DNA of 64,000 nucleotides from positions 1 through 64,000 of the IMG/VR virus record IMGVR_UViG_2974555854_000001; one strand, given 5' to 3'. Made by a program: the position numbers and the translations under genes. Below are positions 28,018 to 39,000 of the stretch, in pieces. Within the stretch, counting starts at the first letter, position 1. Every line of letters starts with the position of its first letter. The stretch is from a virus. Its lineage: Duplodnaviria; Caudoviricetes. Below the pieces are notes generated by a model that saw only the letters and a program-made list of their open reading frames with translations, ran no database searches and had not been told where the DNA came from.

Positions 28018-28474
28018 TACAAAAGCAACTGAAAACCTTGTCCAAAAATTAAAGCTGCTGCAAAAAGAAATTCTTCAGGAAACAAACAGTGTTGTTAATG
28101 ACCTGGATCGTAACCTTGCTGAAACGTATGAACGTTCAGTAGACGAATTAGTTTATGACCAATACACTCCTGAAAAATATCAACGAACACTTCATTTACG
28201 TGGTGCTCATGGTGCTTTACAAAGGGACATTCAATTAGTTGGTTATAAAAAGAATTACACATTTCGTATTGATGGTAGTAGTCGCGATCCGATTGATGGT
28301 GAAACATGGGATACAAAAGCTTATAACGTTGAACATGGCACAACTGAAATGAGTGTAGGTTTCAATCGTCCTTTCATTGCTCCTACTCAAACAAAATTAG
28401 AATTCGAAACTGAACGATTACGGAAATATTACATTGAACGTATTCGCGGTTTTGTTAGAAAGGCGGCGAAATAA
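27998..28474 (+). CDS. putative tail completion protein (HK97 gp10-like)
   Basis: YAYNVEHGT-like AYNVEHGT...RPFIAPT motif. Confidence 0.55.
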   Translation: MIRMKLDTKATENLVQKLKLLQKEILQETNSVVNDLDRNLAETYERSVDELVYDQYTPEKYQRTLHLRGAHGALQRDIQLVGYKKNYTFRIDGSSRDPIDGETWDTKAYNVEHGTTEMSVGFNRPFIAPTQTKLEFETERLRKYYIERIRGFVRKAAK

Positions 28475-28935
28475 TGGCAACGTTTGACCAGGAAAAATAT
28501 ATCGAAAGTGTTAAAGCGGTAATAATCGGTTATCTGAAAGGTCTGTTTCCGGATTATAAAATCGCAACTGCTTTTCCTGATGTTGAAGGTACTGACTTAG
28601 ATTTAAGTAAACCTATGCTTTACGTTGAATTTGAACGTGAATCAAACATCGAAAGAAGAAGGGGAAAATGGGTAGGTGATGACAGCTATCAACGAAGAGT
28701 GACGGTTGTTTATTCTATCCAGGTTTTTACAAGTGGTGATGGTAAGGGTGTATTAGCTAGAGATCGTACTATTCAGACATTAAAAGTCGATGTACCTAGA
28801 AATGAAAGAGTTTTCGCTGGTCAGGGCTTACGTAAAGTTGATATGCGTTTCATGGGTTCTTATCGATTAAGAGAGCGAATTCATCTAGCTAGGATGGAAG
28901 TTTTTACACAAGTAACAATGACTACAATCATGTAA
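28474..28935 (+). CDS. putative tail terminator protein
   Basis: FPDYKIATAFP...PMLYVEF...YSIQVFT pattern. Confidence 0.5.
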   Translation: MATFDQEKYIESVKAVIIGYLKGLFPDYKIATAFPDVEGTDLDLSKPMLYVEFERESNIERRRGKWVGDDSYQRRVTVVYSIQVFTSGDGKGVLARDRTIQTLKVDVPRNERVFAGQGLRKVDMRFMGSYRLRERIHLARMEVFTQVTMTTIM

Positions 28936-28950
28936 AGGTTGGTGGATTAG

Positions 28951-31900
28951 GTGTCGGATCAAATTAAAATTAGTTTTGAAGTTGATGGTGAGGAACTAAA
29001 GCAGATAACACAAGCTATGAACATTTTGGACAAGTTTAACAAACAAGCAAAAACTGTTGTTGATGGTCTAAATGGTATGGGTACATCAATGAATGGTGTT
29101 GGTCAATCCGCTAAGAATCAAAAGAACTCCATCGAAAATTTAGATGCTGCAATGCAATCGTGGTCTAATAAAATTAAGGGCCAACAAAAAGAAATGCTGC
29201 AACATTCACAAACAGCTAAAAGAATGGCTAACACTTTAAATCAATTAGGTTCTGATGCTAAAGTAACTGCTGATTCTGCTGGACGTTTATCTGCAACTTT
29301 CAAAGATATGAATGGTAATACAGTTAAGATGTCCGGTACTGTTCAACAATTGAATAGTCAGATCGGACAAATGAAAACAACAATCACCGCTACTTCTTCT
29401 GCTGTAACTGATTCAAATAAACGTTTAGCTGCAATGAATAAAGAACAACAACAACTAGCTAAAGCTATGGCTGATGGACGTTCTAAATTCGATAATCAAT
29501 CGAAAGCTGTAAGTAAATTAGCTCAAGATTACGATAAGCTTCACACTGGAACTCGTGACTTATCTAGGGTTTTAGCTGATAACAAAGGTAAGTTCGATGT
29601 CTATAATAACGCATTGCAAAAAGGTAGTCAAATCATGAAAGCTTCAATTGATGCTCATGGTAAGTTCTCTCAAACGTTGAAGAATGAACAGGGCCAATTA
29701 ACGACTATTTCAGGTTATTATGACAAGAACAATCAACGGATCACTGAATACAATCGTAGCATTGTGAAATCTGCTGATGCAATGGGCCGTGCAAGTAAAT
29801 CAGCTAATAAATATCAAGCTGAATTGATGGGCCTTAATAAACAAGCAAAAAGTTTCGGTGAGTCACTTGAACATTCAGCTACTAAGATGGTTGAGTGGGG
29901 CGCTGCTGGTGCTGTAGTATTTGGTATCCAGGATGCTTTCAGAGGTCTAGGCGCAACTATCCTAGAAGTAGATACCCAAATGACTTCATTACGCCGTGTG
30001 CTTGACGATGATGTTGATATGGGTAAATTGTTCGATGGTGCTGTTCGTAATGCTAGTATCTTAGGTATCAAATTAACTGACATTAATGAAGCTATGATTG
30101 AGTTCGGAAGACAAGGTTTCGATGATAGTGAAATTGAAAAGTTAGTTAAAGCAACAGGTATGATGAAAAACGTTGCTGATATGGATATGGGTATGGCTTC
30201 TGAAAACATGACTGCTTTCCTCGCTACATTCAAACGTGGTGTAGATGACACAATGGAATATGTTGACAAATTGAATGAAGTTGATAACAAGTACGCTGTA
30301 AGTGTAGACCAGCTATCTAACTCTATTCGAAAAGCCGGCGGTACTGCAAATGCTTTCGGTGTTTCTATGGATATGGTAATCGGTTATACAACAGCTATCG
30401 GTGAAGCGACTCGTGAAAGTGGTCAACAGATCGGTAATGCCCTAAAGACAATTTTTTCCAGGGTTACAACATTAGGCGGTGCTGAAAAAGTATTAAACAA
30501 TGTTGGTATCGCTGTTAAGAATCAGGCCGGTGAAGCTCGTAAAGCTGAAGATATTTTCGGTGATCTTCATAAGGTATGGGGCGATTTAACGAATGCTGAA
30601 AGACAAAACATCGCGTTAAAAGTTGCCGGTACTCACCAGGTCAATAGATTTCTTGTTATGATGCAAAACTACGATCAAGCTTTAAAAGCGGCTAAAACTG
30701 CTGAAAACTCATGGGGATCAGCTCAACGTGAAAATGCTAAGTACATGGAATCATTACAAGCTAAATTAAACAACTTATGGTCTTCATTACAATTAGCTGC
30801 TGTAGCTGCTGGTGATGCAGGATTAACTAAAGCGTTTAAAGTCCTTATTGAAACGACTAATACTTTAGTACAAGGTGTGCTAGGTATGGGAAAAGCAATG
30901 GGAGATTTTGCTTTATTATTACCGGTGATTGCCACTGGATTAGGCTTGTTCACATTTAACCTTATGAAAATGAAAACTAATGCTGATCTTGCTGTAATTA
31001 GTTTAAACACTGTTGGTACTGCAACACAACAAATGGCCCTTAAAATGGGAGCTTCTACAACTGCTGCAACTATTCTAGGTGGTGCTGTTGGACGTATTAC
31101 CGGTGGTATTAAAGCAATGACATTAGCATTAGCAACAAACCCTTTCGCTATTCTATTAACTGCTGCTTCTGCAATTGCATATTTCGTTGGTCAATCTAAA
31201 CAGATGGACGATCAACTTAAATCTATGCAAGGTGGATTTAAAGATGCTACTAAGGAATTCAAAGCATTCCAGGAAGCAATTGCCAATAAAACTGTAGATG
31301 AATATTCTGTTAACAAATACAAGACTCAAGTAGATATGTTAAAGGATTCAACAGTTCTATTGAATGGTGTTATGAAAGATGGAGTTAAGGTATATGAGCA
31401 ACAAAATAACAGTATGGTTGCAATGAAAGCCGGTACTGAAACAATGGGTATGAGTCAGGCCCAAATGAAGAAGCATTATGCTGAAACTACACTAGCTCGT
31501 AAAGCCCTTTCCGAAGAAGAAATGACATCACTTACAACGTTAGGTATTTCAATCAAGAAGAATACAACGTTAGCTGATGTTGTTAATCAAGTTAAGAATC
31601 GTCAATTGGATGTTTCCGGTGCTGTAAAAGATGCTGGCGATGCAATGAAGAAAGCTGATAAAGAAGCTATCACTCCTGCTATTGATGCTTATGGTGACTT
31701 AAATGATGAACTAGATAAAAACGCTACTCTAATGGAGAATGCTATTGGTTTCTCGAATAAGTATATCAAATCCATCAAAGAACAGATTGGTGTAGTTGAA
31801 TTATTATCAGGTCAAGAAAATTTAAGTAAGGCCCAAAAAGACCTTCTTGAAATGTCTACTCGTAACTTAACTGAAGCGTTTGGAGATCAGAATGATACAA

Positions 31901-34900
31901 CTGCTGAAGTAATCCAAAAAGCTAAAGGTCAAGTTAAGAGTATGGATGAATTGATGGAACTTTCAGGCAAATTAGCTGATGGTACTGCTACTAACGAAGA
32001 GAAGAAACGTGCTCAATATCTTCTTACACAACAAGCAACATATGAGAACACTCGTGTAGCTCAACAAGAAGCTGAAAAGGTTAAGAAGGCTAAACAACAA
32101 GAAGCTAAAGAACACAACTATACAGCTGGTCAAGCATTCCAGGCTAGTATTAAAACAAATAAAGCTTCTTCTAGCATTTCAACTACGACTGTTCAAAAGA
32201 TGGGTATTGTCAGAGGTGAATTGAATACAACAGGAACTAAACACGCTGAACACGCTAAATCAGCTCAAGATTCATCTAAGAAAGTACAATTAGCCGGTAG
32301 TGAAATGTTCAAAGCTTCTAAACGAGATTTCAGTAAAACACGAGATCAAGTTGACCAAACAAAGAAAGAATACAATAAGTTAGAAGATGAAGCTAAAAAC
32401 ATTCCTAAAGGTATCGCTAAAGGTATCATCAATGCTATTTCTGATCCTGAAAAAGCTATCGCGAAATTAGCAGAAAGTCTTGTTAAGAAATTTAAAAAGG
32501 CTTTAGGTATCAAATCACCTTCTCGTGTATTCATGGCTTTAGGTGGACACGTTATCGATGGTTTAGTTAATGGTTTAGATATCGGTAACTTAAAAGCTTT
32601 AGGTCAGAACGCATTTAAAGATTTCGCTGATGGAGCTTTCACAACTTTAGATGACATTAAAATGTTCTTAGGTGGCGGTGGTAACTTCAAGAATCCTGGT
32701 GGTGGTGGAGCTGGATGGAAGTCTATGATTTATGCTGCTGCTGCTCAAATGGGTATTTCGGTCACTCCTTCAGAAGTAAATGGTATTATTGCCCAAATAA
32801 ATAGGGAATCCGGAGGAAACCAAAACATCGTCCAATCTAGTGCTGTACGTGACATTAATACTAGAAATGGAAATCCGGCTAGAGGACTTTTGCAGTATAT
32901 ACCCCAAACATTTAATGCGTATAAAGTCCCAGGACATAACAATATATATTCCGGTTATGACCAACTTTTGGCCTTCTTTAATAACACAACTTGGAGACGT
33001 GATTTGCCATATGGTAAGAGAGGTTGGGGGCCTAGAGGTGGTACACTGTTCGCAAACGGCGGTATTACAGGATCGATGTACCAACAGGCACAAAGTAACG
33101 GTAATGTGCCGAATGGAGGATTTATCGATAAACCTCATTTCGTAGATGGTGGACGTGGTATTGCAGGAGAAGCAGGAGCAGAAGCTATCATTCCTTTGTC
33201 CAACAGCAGAAGAAGTCGTGCTTTAGACCTATATTCTCAAGTTGGAAACATCTTAGGAGTTCACGCTTATGCTAATGGTGGAGTAACCAAAAAGTTAAAT
33301 TACACTGTTCAATCAGGTAACACGCTTTCAGGTATCGCTACACTATTCAAAACTTCTGTTGATGCACTTAAAAAGATCAACACTAGCCTAGCTAAAACTG
33401 CAAGCAGTAAAGCGTTAACAGCTGGTATGAAGGTTAATGTAACAGGTTTGATTAAAGATGATGATTCATTCAGATCAAACAGTTTACTTGATCCTAACCG
33501 CAAAAAGCCTGGATATGTTCAAGCTGAAGACGGATCATGGGTTAAGAAAACTATGTATAACGATCCTTCTTATGCAGCATCACAAAAAGCTGGTAAACCT
33601 GTAGCTGCTAAACCACCGGCAAAAACGTATGCTACTAAATACGGTCATGTAACAGCTGTCGAAGGTGATTATAGCGAAATGATGTCTACAATTGGATACT
33701 TGCAAAACAATGGTATCTATAACGATTCTCAAGCATTATACGCTATGAAATCTCAAGTTCGTCCTCAAACAAGAGGAACACAAGACCGCCGTGCTTACAA
33801 TGATGCTCAAATCGATATCATTTCTAAAATGGATAACGTTAAGAAAGCTTCAGAATGGTTCAGAAGTGCTAACTTATTCTTATCCGGTGATGATTGGAAG
33901 AAAGCGTACAATCAAACTATGGAAATGGTTAAGGCTAATGCAGAAGCGAAAGCACAAGCTGAAAATGATTCTAAGTTAGCGAACCGACAAGCGACACTAT
34001 CTCGTGAACAGACTTTAGGATTAGCTACAGACTCACGTACTTCTTCTTATTTACGTGATAATATCCGTGCTTATTCTAAGACTGATGAACAGAAGTTAGC
34101 TTATAACACGGCTCAAATGGACGTATTCAAGGGTATGGAAAACGTCAAAACGTTCAGTCAATGGTTCGATCAAGCTAAATTGTTTGGTACTGCTGCTGAA
34201 ATCAAACAAATCAAAGAAAACTTGACTGAAATCGTTAAAACAAATGCTATCGCCGGTGTAACTAATGCAACAAACGCATGGTTCGATACATTTGACAAAC
34301 GTACTCCTGCTGTAATCAAGAACCTGGAACGTACTGTTAACACAATCGATTCAATCAAAACAGCTCAAGAAGATGCAGTATTGAACAGTAAGATTGATTC
34401 TTATATCGCTGATCGTCAAGCAGCTCTAGGTTTCGATAACCGTACTGATATTGAGAAAAAGCAGTCTAAAATGGATTCTATTAAGAGTCAAATTGATACA
34501 GCTATTCAGCAAAACGCTGAACTCAAATTTAAGACGGATGGTTCAGATATCGATGCTAGACTGAAACAACTTCAAGCAGATAAGGAAAAGTTGAATCAAG
34601 GTATGAAGGAAACTAGTGACTATGGTAAATCTAAAGGTTTATCAGATAAGGACATTAACGATTCTCTTCAACGCTATAAAGATCAACTTGCAGCTATTCA
34701 GGAAGAAACAACTAAGCTGATCCAGCAGAAGAAAGATTCTGTTGATATGTTCAACTCGAACGAAGCGGCTATTGGTTCATTAACTGAAGAGTACAAGAAA
34801 TTAGAACGTGAAATGGAAGAAACGCAACGTAAAGCTGATGTGCTTCAGAAGATCAAGGATAAAGTTAACTCTATTTTTGATTGGGATACAAGCAGCGTGT

Positions 34901-35682
34901 TAACTGAAAAGACTGACCAGTTCGGAAATACAGTTCGTGATATTGAAGGTAATGTTCAGAAAGTCCTAGACGTTCAGAAAGCTATCCAGGATATTACAGC
35001 TGATATTTACAGCAACATCGGTAAAACAGTCGATGAAATGGTTACAGAAATTATCTCTTCTCAATTACCGTCTATCGGTGATTTGATGGGTAGCGATACT
35101 GATTATGCATCTATTTCTTCAGGTATCAACGGCGCGATTGATTCAGTTAAGCCAACATGGGATGCAACATTATCTTATATGGCTCAATCAACTTCTCAAA
35201 TGTTCAGTTCTCAAAATTGGCAAGCTGTTTCTCAAGGATGGATTCAAAGCATGGGTTCTACTATTCAATCTCTTCAACCGCTGTTTGAACAGATGATGGT
35301 AACGATGCCTGAAACGATGGGTAAAATGTTTGAAAACCTACCTTCACTTGTATCTACTGCAATGCAGAACATTACAACAGGTATTTTCAACACTGTTATT
35401 CAAATCCTTAATCAAATGGTTGCAACGGTTAATCAGATCGTTCCTGCTGCTCAACGTATTCCTGCTTTTGAGTCAATGCAATACGCGACTCCAACGTACA
35501 CGCAAAATAACGACAATAGCTCTACAGAAGAGAAGAAAGTATACTCTGCTGATACTAATGTAGTTAGAAACGTAACGTATGTTGTACAAGCCGGTGTAGT
35601 TGTCGGAACGCAAAGTGAAATGAAAGAATTCGCTATGATGATTAAAGAATTGATTGATGAAGAAGAAGGGCGTGGTAATTAA
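28951..35682 (+). CDS. tape measure protein with lytic transglycosylase and LysM domains
   Basis: 2243 aa helical; TP901-type block LNEVDNKYAV...GNALKTIFSR; SLT INRESGG...ARGLLQYIPQTF; LysM YTVQSGNTLSGIA. Confidence 0.92.
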   Translation: MSDQIKISFEVDGEELKQITQAMNILDKFNKQAKTVVDGLNGMGTSMNGVGQSAKNQKNSIENLDAAMQSWSNKIKGQQKEMLQHSQTAKRMANTLNQLGSDAKVTADSAGRLSATFKDMNGNTVKMSGTVQQLNSQIGQMKTTITATSSAVTDSNKRLAAMNKEQQQLAKAMADGRSKFDNQSKAVSKLAQDYDKLHTGTRDLSRVLADNKGKFDVYNNALQKGSQIMKASIDAHGKFSQTLKNEQGQLTTISGYYDKNNQRITEYNRSIVKSADAMGRASKSANKYQAELMGLNKQAKSFGESLEHSATKMVEWGAAGAVVFGIQDAFRGLGATILEVDTQMTSLRRVLDDDVDMGKLFDGAVRNASILGIKLTDINEAMIEFGRQGFDDSEIEKLVKATGMMKNVADMDMGMASENMTAFLATFKRGVDDTMEYVDKLNEVDNKYAVSVDQLSNSIRKAGGTANAFGVSMDMVIGYTTAIGEATRESGQQIGNALKTIFSRVTTLGGAEKVLNNVGIAVKNQAGEARKAEDIFGDLHKVWGDLTNAERQNIALKVAGTHQVNRFLVMMQNYDQALKAAKTAENSWGSAQRENAKYMESLQAKLNNLWSSLQLAAVAAGDAGLTKAFKVLIETTNTLVQGVLGMGKAMGDFALLLPVIATGLGLFTFNLMKMKTNADLAVISLNTVGTATQQMALKMGASTTAATILGGAVGRITGGIKAMTLALATNPFAILLTAASAIAYFVGQSKQMDDQLKSMQGGFKDATKEFKAFQEAIANKTVDEYSVNKYKTQVDMLKDSTVLLNGVMKDGVKVYEQQNNSMVAMKAGTETMGMSQAQMKKHYAETTLARKALSEEEMTSLTTLGISIKKNTTLADVVNQVKNRQLDVSGAVKDAGDAMKKADKEAITPAIDAYGDLNDELDKNATLMENAIGFSNKYIKSIKEQIGVVELLSGQENLSKAQKDLLEMSTRNLTEAFGDQNDTTAEVIQKAKGQVKSMDELMELSGKLADGTATNEEKKRAQYLLTQQATYENTRVAQQEAEKVKKAKQQEAKEHNYTAGQAFQASIKTNKASSSISTTTVQKMGIVRGELNTTGTKHAEHAKSAQDSSKKVQLAGSEMFKASKRDFSKTRDQVDQTKKEYNKLEDEAKNIPKGIAKGIINAISDPEKAIAKLAESLVKKFKKALGIKSPSRVFMALGGHVIDGLVNGLDIGNLKALGQNAFKDFADGAFTTLDDIKMFLGGGGNFKNPGGGGAGWKSMIYAAAAQMGISVTPSEVNGIIAQINRESGGNQNIVQSSAVRDINTRNGNPARGLLQYIPQTFNAYKVPGHNNIYSGYDQLLAFFNNTTWRRDLPYGKRGWGPRGGTLFANGGITGSMYQQAQSNGNVPNGGFIDKPHFVDGGRGIAGEAGAEAIIPLSNSRRSRALDLYSQVGNILGVHAYANGGVTKKLNYTVQSGNTLSGIATLFKTSVDALKKINTSLAKTASSKALTAGMKVNVTGLIKDDDSFRSNSLLDPNRKKPGYVQAEDGSWVKKTMYNDPSYAASQKAGKPVAAKPPAKTYATKYGHVTAVEGDYSEMMSTIGYLQNNGIYNDSQALYAMKSQVRPQTRGTQDRRAYNDAQIDIISKMDNVKKASEWFRSANLFLSGDDWKKAYNQTMEMVKANAEAKAQAENDSKLANRQATLSREQTLGLATDSRTSSYLRDNIRAYSKTDEQKLAYNTAQMDVFKGMENVKTFSQWFDQAKLFGTAAEIKQIKENLTEIVKTNAIAGVTNATNAWFDTFDKRTPAVIKNLERTVNTIDSIKTAQEDAVLNSKIDSYIADRQAALGFDNRTDIEKKQSKMDSIKSQIDTAIQQNAELKFKTDGSDIDARLKQLQADKEKLNQGMKETSDYGKSKGLSDKDINDSLQRYKDQLAAIQEETTKLIQQKKDSVDMFNSNEAAIGSLTEEYKKLEREMEETQRKADVLQKIKDKVNSIFDWDTSSVLTEKTDQFGNTVRDIEGNVQKVLDVQKAIQDITADIYSNIGKTVDEMVTEIISSQLPSIGDLMGSDTDYASISSGINGAIDSVKPTWDATLSYMAQSTSQMFSSQNWQAVSQGWIQSMGSTIQSLQPLFEQMMVTMPETMGKMFENLPSLVSTAMQNITTGIFNTVIQILNQMVATVNQIVPAAQRIPAFESMQYATPTYTQNNDNSSTEEKKVYSADTNVVRNVTYVVQAGVVVGTQSEMKEFAMMIKELIDEEEGRGN

Positions 35683-36047
35683 TGGATCACTTTAGATTAG
35701 GAGTCAAAGGAGAGGGCTATGCCTTCTTCTTTCCTGATTCTTTTAACAAAGACACAAAAATAATCGGTGGACAAATCAGAAGATCAATTAGCGGTAAAGC
35801 GAAAAGGGATATTACCACCACTAAGAAAGTATTTTCAATGGGTTTCACTTATCTTTCAGCTGATGAAGTTGCTGCTATTTACGAACAATTCCTAAAGAAT
35901 ATTGAGGATGGAAAGGATTTAACCTTTATTGATGATGAAGGGAATGAATTTATTGTAATGTTCAGTGGTGACAATTTTGGAATTAGTGATCGTCAAGCTG
36001 ATGAAGACATTTATTGGTCAGGGACTATTAACTTGGAAGAGGTGTAA
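35682..36047 (+). CDS. distal tail (Dit-like) protein
   Basis: 121 aa directly after the tape measure gene. Confidence 0.5.
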   Translation: MDHFRLGVKGEGYAFFFPDSFNKDTKIIGGQIRRSISGKAKRDITTTKKVFSMGFTYLSADEVAAIYEQFLKNIEDGKDLTFIDDEGNEFIVMFSGDNFGISDRQADEDIYWSGTINLEEV

Positions 36048-36050
36048 AGG

Positions 36051-39000
36051 ATGGAAGGAAGATTAAAACAAACAATCAGACATCCTAAAATGGAGGTCTT
36101 AGTTGATTTTAATGGTTTGGGCCTGGATAGAATTAATGAGTGGGAGAATATCACTGATTACGTCCTAGATATTTCAGGTAGTAAAGAGAAAGCAACTGAA
36201 TCCGTGGGCGGTGTTACTAGTGATATTGTTACATTTGCAACAGATAATAAAGGTAATGTATTTTCAAATACTAATCCTAAAAGCCCTTTTTACCAAAAGG
36301 TAAAGTCAAACACGAAGTTCGTATTAAAAACAGGATTCAAAGGTGAAGAATTAAAAATTTATGCTGCTGGTATCATTACTAAGTTCGCTCCTTCATGGAA
36401 CGACAAAAAGTATAATGTTAGCGCTGAAGATTTCTTTTATTTGCTTAAAAATACTGATGCTCCTAAAACAGCTTATCAAGATATTTCGTTAGAAGAACTA
36501 GTGAACGTCCTTTTGGATACAGCTGAAATTCCTTCACAAATTAATCGGATCATACCGAAAACGGAATTCAATTTTCAGTATTTTAAATTTGAAGAACCTG
36601 ATTGTTTTAGTGCGTTGAAGAAGCTCATGGAGATTTCTGTCGGTCAGGCATACTTTGAGGGGCTTAATTTTGTATTTGAAACAAAGTTAGCATTGGATTA
36701 TGAATTAGATTTAACCGTGAAACACACGATTGAAGAAGATGACATTTTTACCTTTGACGAAACTGTTGAAGATTCGGATATCATCAATGCTGTTTCGATT
36801 ATCTCTAATCCTAAAACGATTTACCCTAAAGAATTAGTATTCCAAACACCTGAAAATATTGTACAAGTAAATGAAGAACCTGTTACATTTGGTACTGGAA
36901 CTTCTTTTTATATCGACAATACTCACTTACCAATCATCAACAATGCTGAAAATCCTATTTCAGTTAAGAACTTGACTCAAGGCCGCACAATCAATATTAA
37001 TAGCGTTGATATTAACACAGGTAAAATCACAATCCATCCTGAAAGTTTAGCTTATGTTGCTCAAGGTGACTTGTTAGTTGTTTCTTATTCTTATCAGCAG
37101 CTAGTTTTACTTCCAGGTCAAACAAGAACTTACTCACTTAGTTTGTCAGGTGAAGTACACGCTTTAACAGACGTTGATGTAGCTGTTTGGGATGCAACAG
37201 GACAATTACCTAGAGAATACTCAACAACGCCAAATAAAGCAAATACAGTGTCGTTAAACCAATTCACTTTCAATCAAACTTCAGGTTTGGTTACTGTTGT
37301 TTTGAAAAATAATTACGCTGAAGGTATCACAATTTCTACGCTGCAATTACGTGGTAATCCAATTAAAAGTGCTAATCCTTTAGAGATTTATGTTCGTGAT
37401 CTTCCTTCTATTGACGAATACAAGAAGCAAGAATTACAAATTACGAATAACTATTTCACAAACACTAAATTAGCTCAAAAGATTGCACAATTCATTGTTG
37501 ATAATCGTTCTATCACTAGAAAGAAAATCGGTGTGGATATGGATGGTTACACTGAATTAGAACTTAATGACATCGCTAAAGTAATCGAAAATGAAAGTGG
37601 AACTAACCACACATTCTATGCTGATCGTATTGATTACTCATTTTCTTCTGATGGTGGATGGTCTGCAAAAGTAACATTCACTCAAACAGAAACGGAACAA
37701 TGGGTTTATGAATCATTCAAAGGTGAATCATGGGAGAAAACAAATCCTGGAAATCCTATTGATGACTTCATTTTCGAAATCAACGCTAACATGGTTAAGA
37801 ATGGTGGAGCTGAACTTCATACTGGAATTGCTGATTATGTAGATGCTGGTGCTGTTGGTTCTGCTCATTACGTTCCGGATTATTGGAGATTCACACGTTC
37901 AACAGGTAATGCTTCAGCTAGAATTCGTACCGGTGGAGAATTAGCTTTACATGCGGATCAATCTTTTGAAATTACAACATCAAATAGCGGTTCAGGTTAT
38001 TACGAACAAACATTAACAGGTGTTGTTCCTAGTAAGACTCATTCAGTATCGTTTATAGCACGTTTAGATGGGTGTAGCGGCGTTTTTATTGTTGAGCAAT
38101 ACGAAGGTTCAACACTACTAAAAACTCTTTCGTATGACCTTCCTGAAGGCTTAAAAGAGTATGAATTCCAATTCGCTTCTGAATCTACAGCTGACCAATT
38201 TATCATTAAGTTCAAAAAGAACGCTGGTACAAAAGGTTCTGAATCAATGATCTTTGACAAAGTAAAAGTTGAAGAAGCAGAAAAGGCTAGTCTTTATTTA
38301 GAAGCTAATGAAACTCAAACTGTTCAAGCTGGACAAAAGTATGATAATTCAGTTATAATCGGTAATAACTACGGTGTATCGGTTTATGATGCTAATAATA
38401 ATCAACGTGTTCGTATGGGCCAATATGCACCAGGAAAGTACGGTATGCGTATTGACAATGGAGCACTTGAAATTGTTAACGGATTATTATATGAGCAACT
38501 AGCTACTGATGTAGGTAAGAAATTAAACATCAGTGAAAATAACGCTATCACAAGTTTAGCTACTAGTATGTCAGGGATTGACGGTGAATTAGGTACAATT
38601 TCAGGTACAATCGAAAGCCATGCAAGCCTTATCCAGCAGAACTCTATAGCTATTTCACAAAGGGTTTTAACAACAACTTACACTACTGACAAAAACGGGA
38701 TCTTACAACGTTTAAGTGATGCTGAAACTGCTATCGACCAAACCGCTGAAAACATTACACTATTAGCAACTCAAGAATCTTTTAATGAACTAGGTGAGAT
38801 CATAGAAGCTAATACAGCTGCGATAAATGTGAATGCTCAAGCTATTACTCAACGAGTTACAACATCAACATTCAATCAGGCTATTACTGACACAAAAAAG
38901 TATGCTGATGATTCTGCTACTGCTAAAGCTGGTACTGCTGAAGCAAATGCTAAAGCTGCTTCTGAAAAGAACATTTGGATCGGAACATCAGCACCTACAG

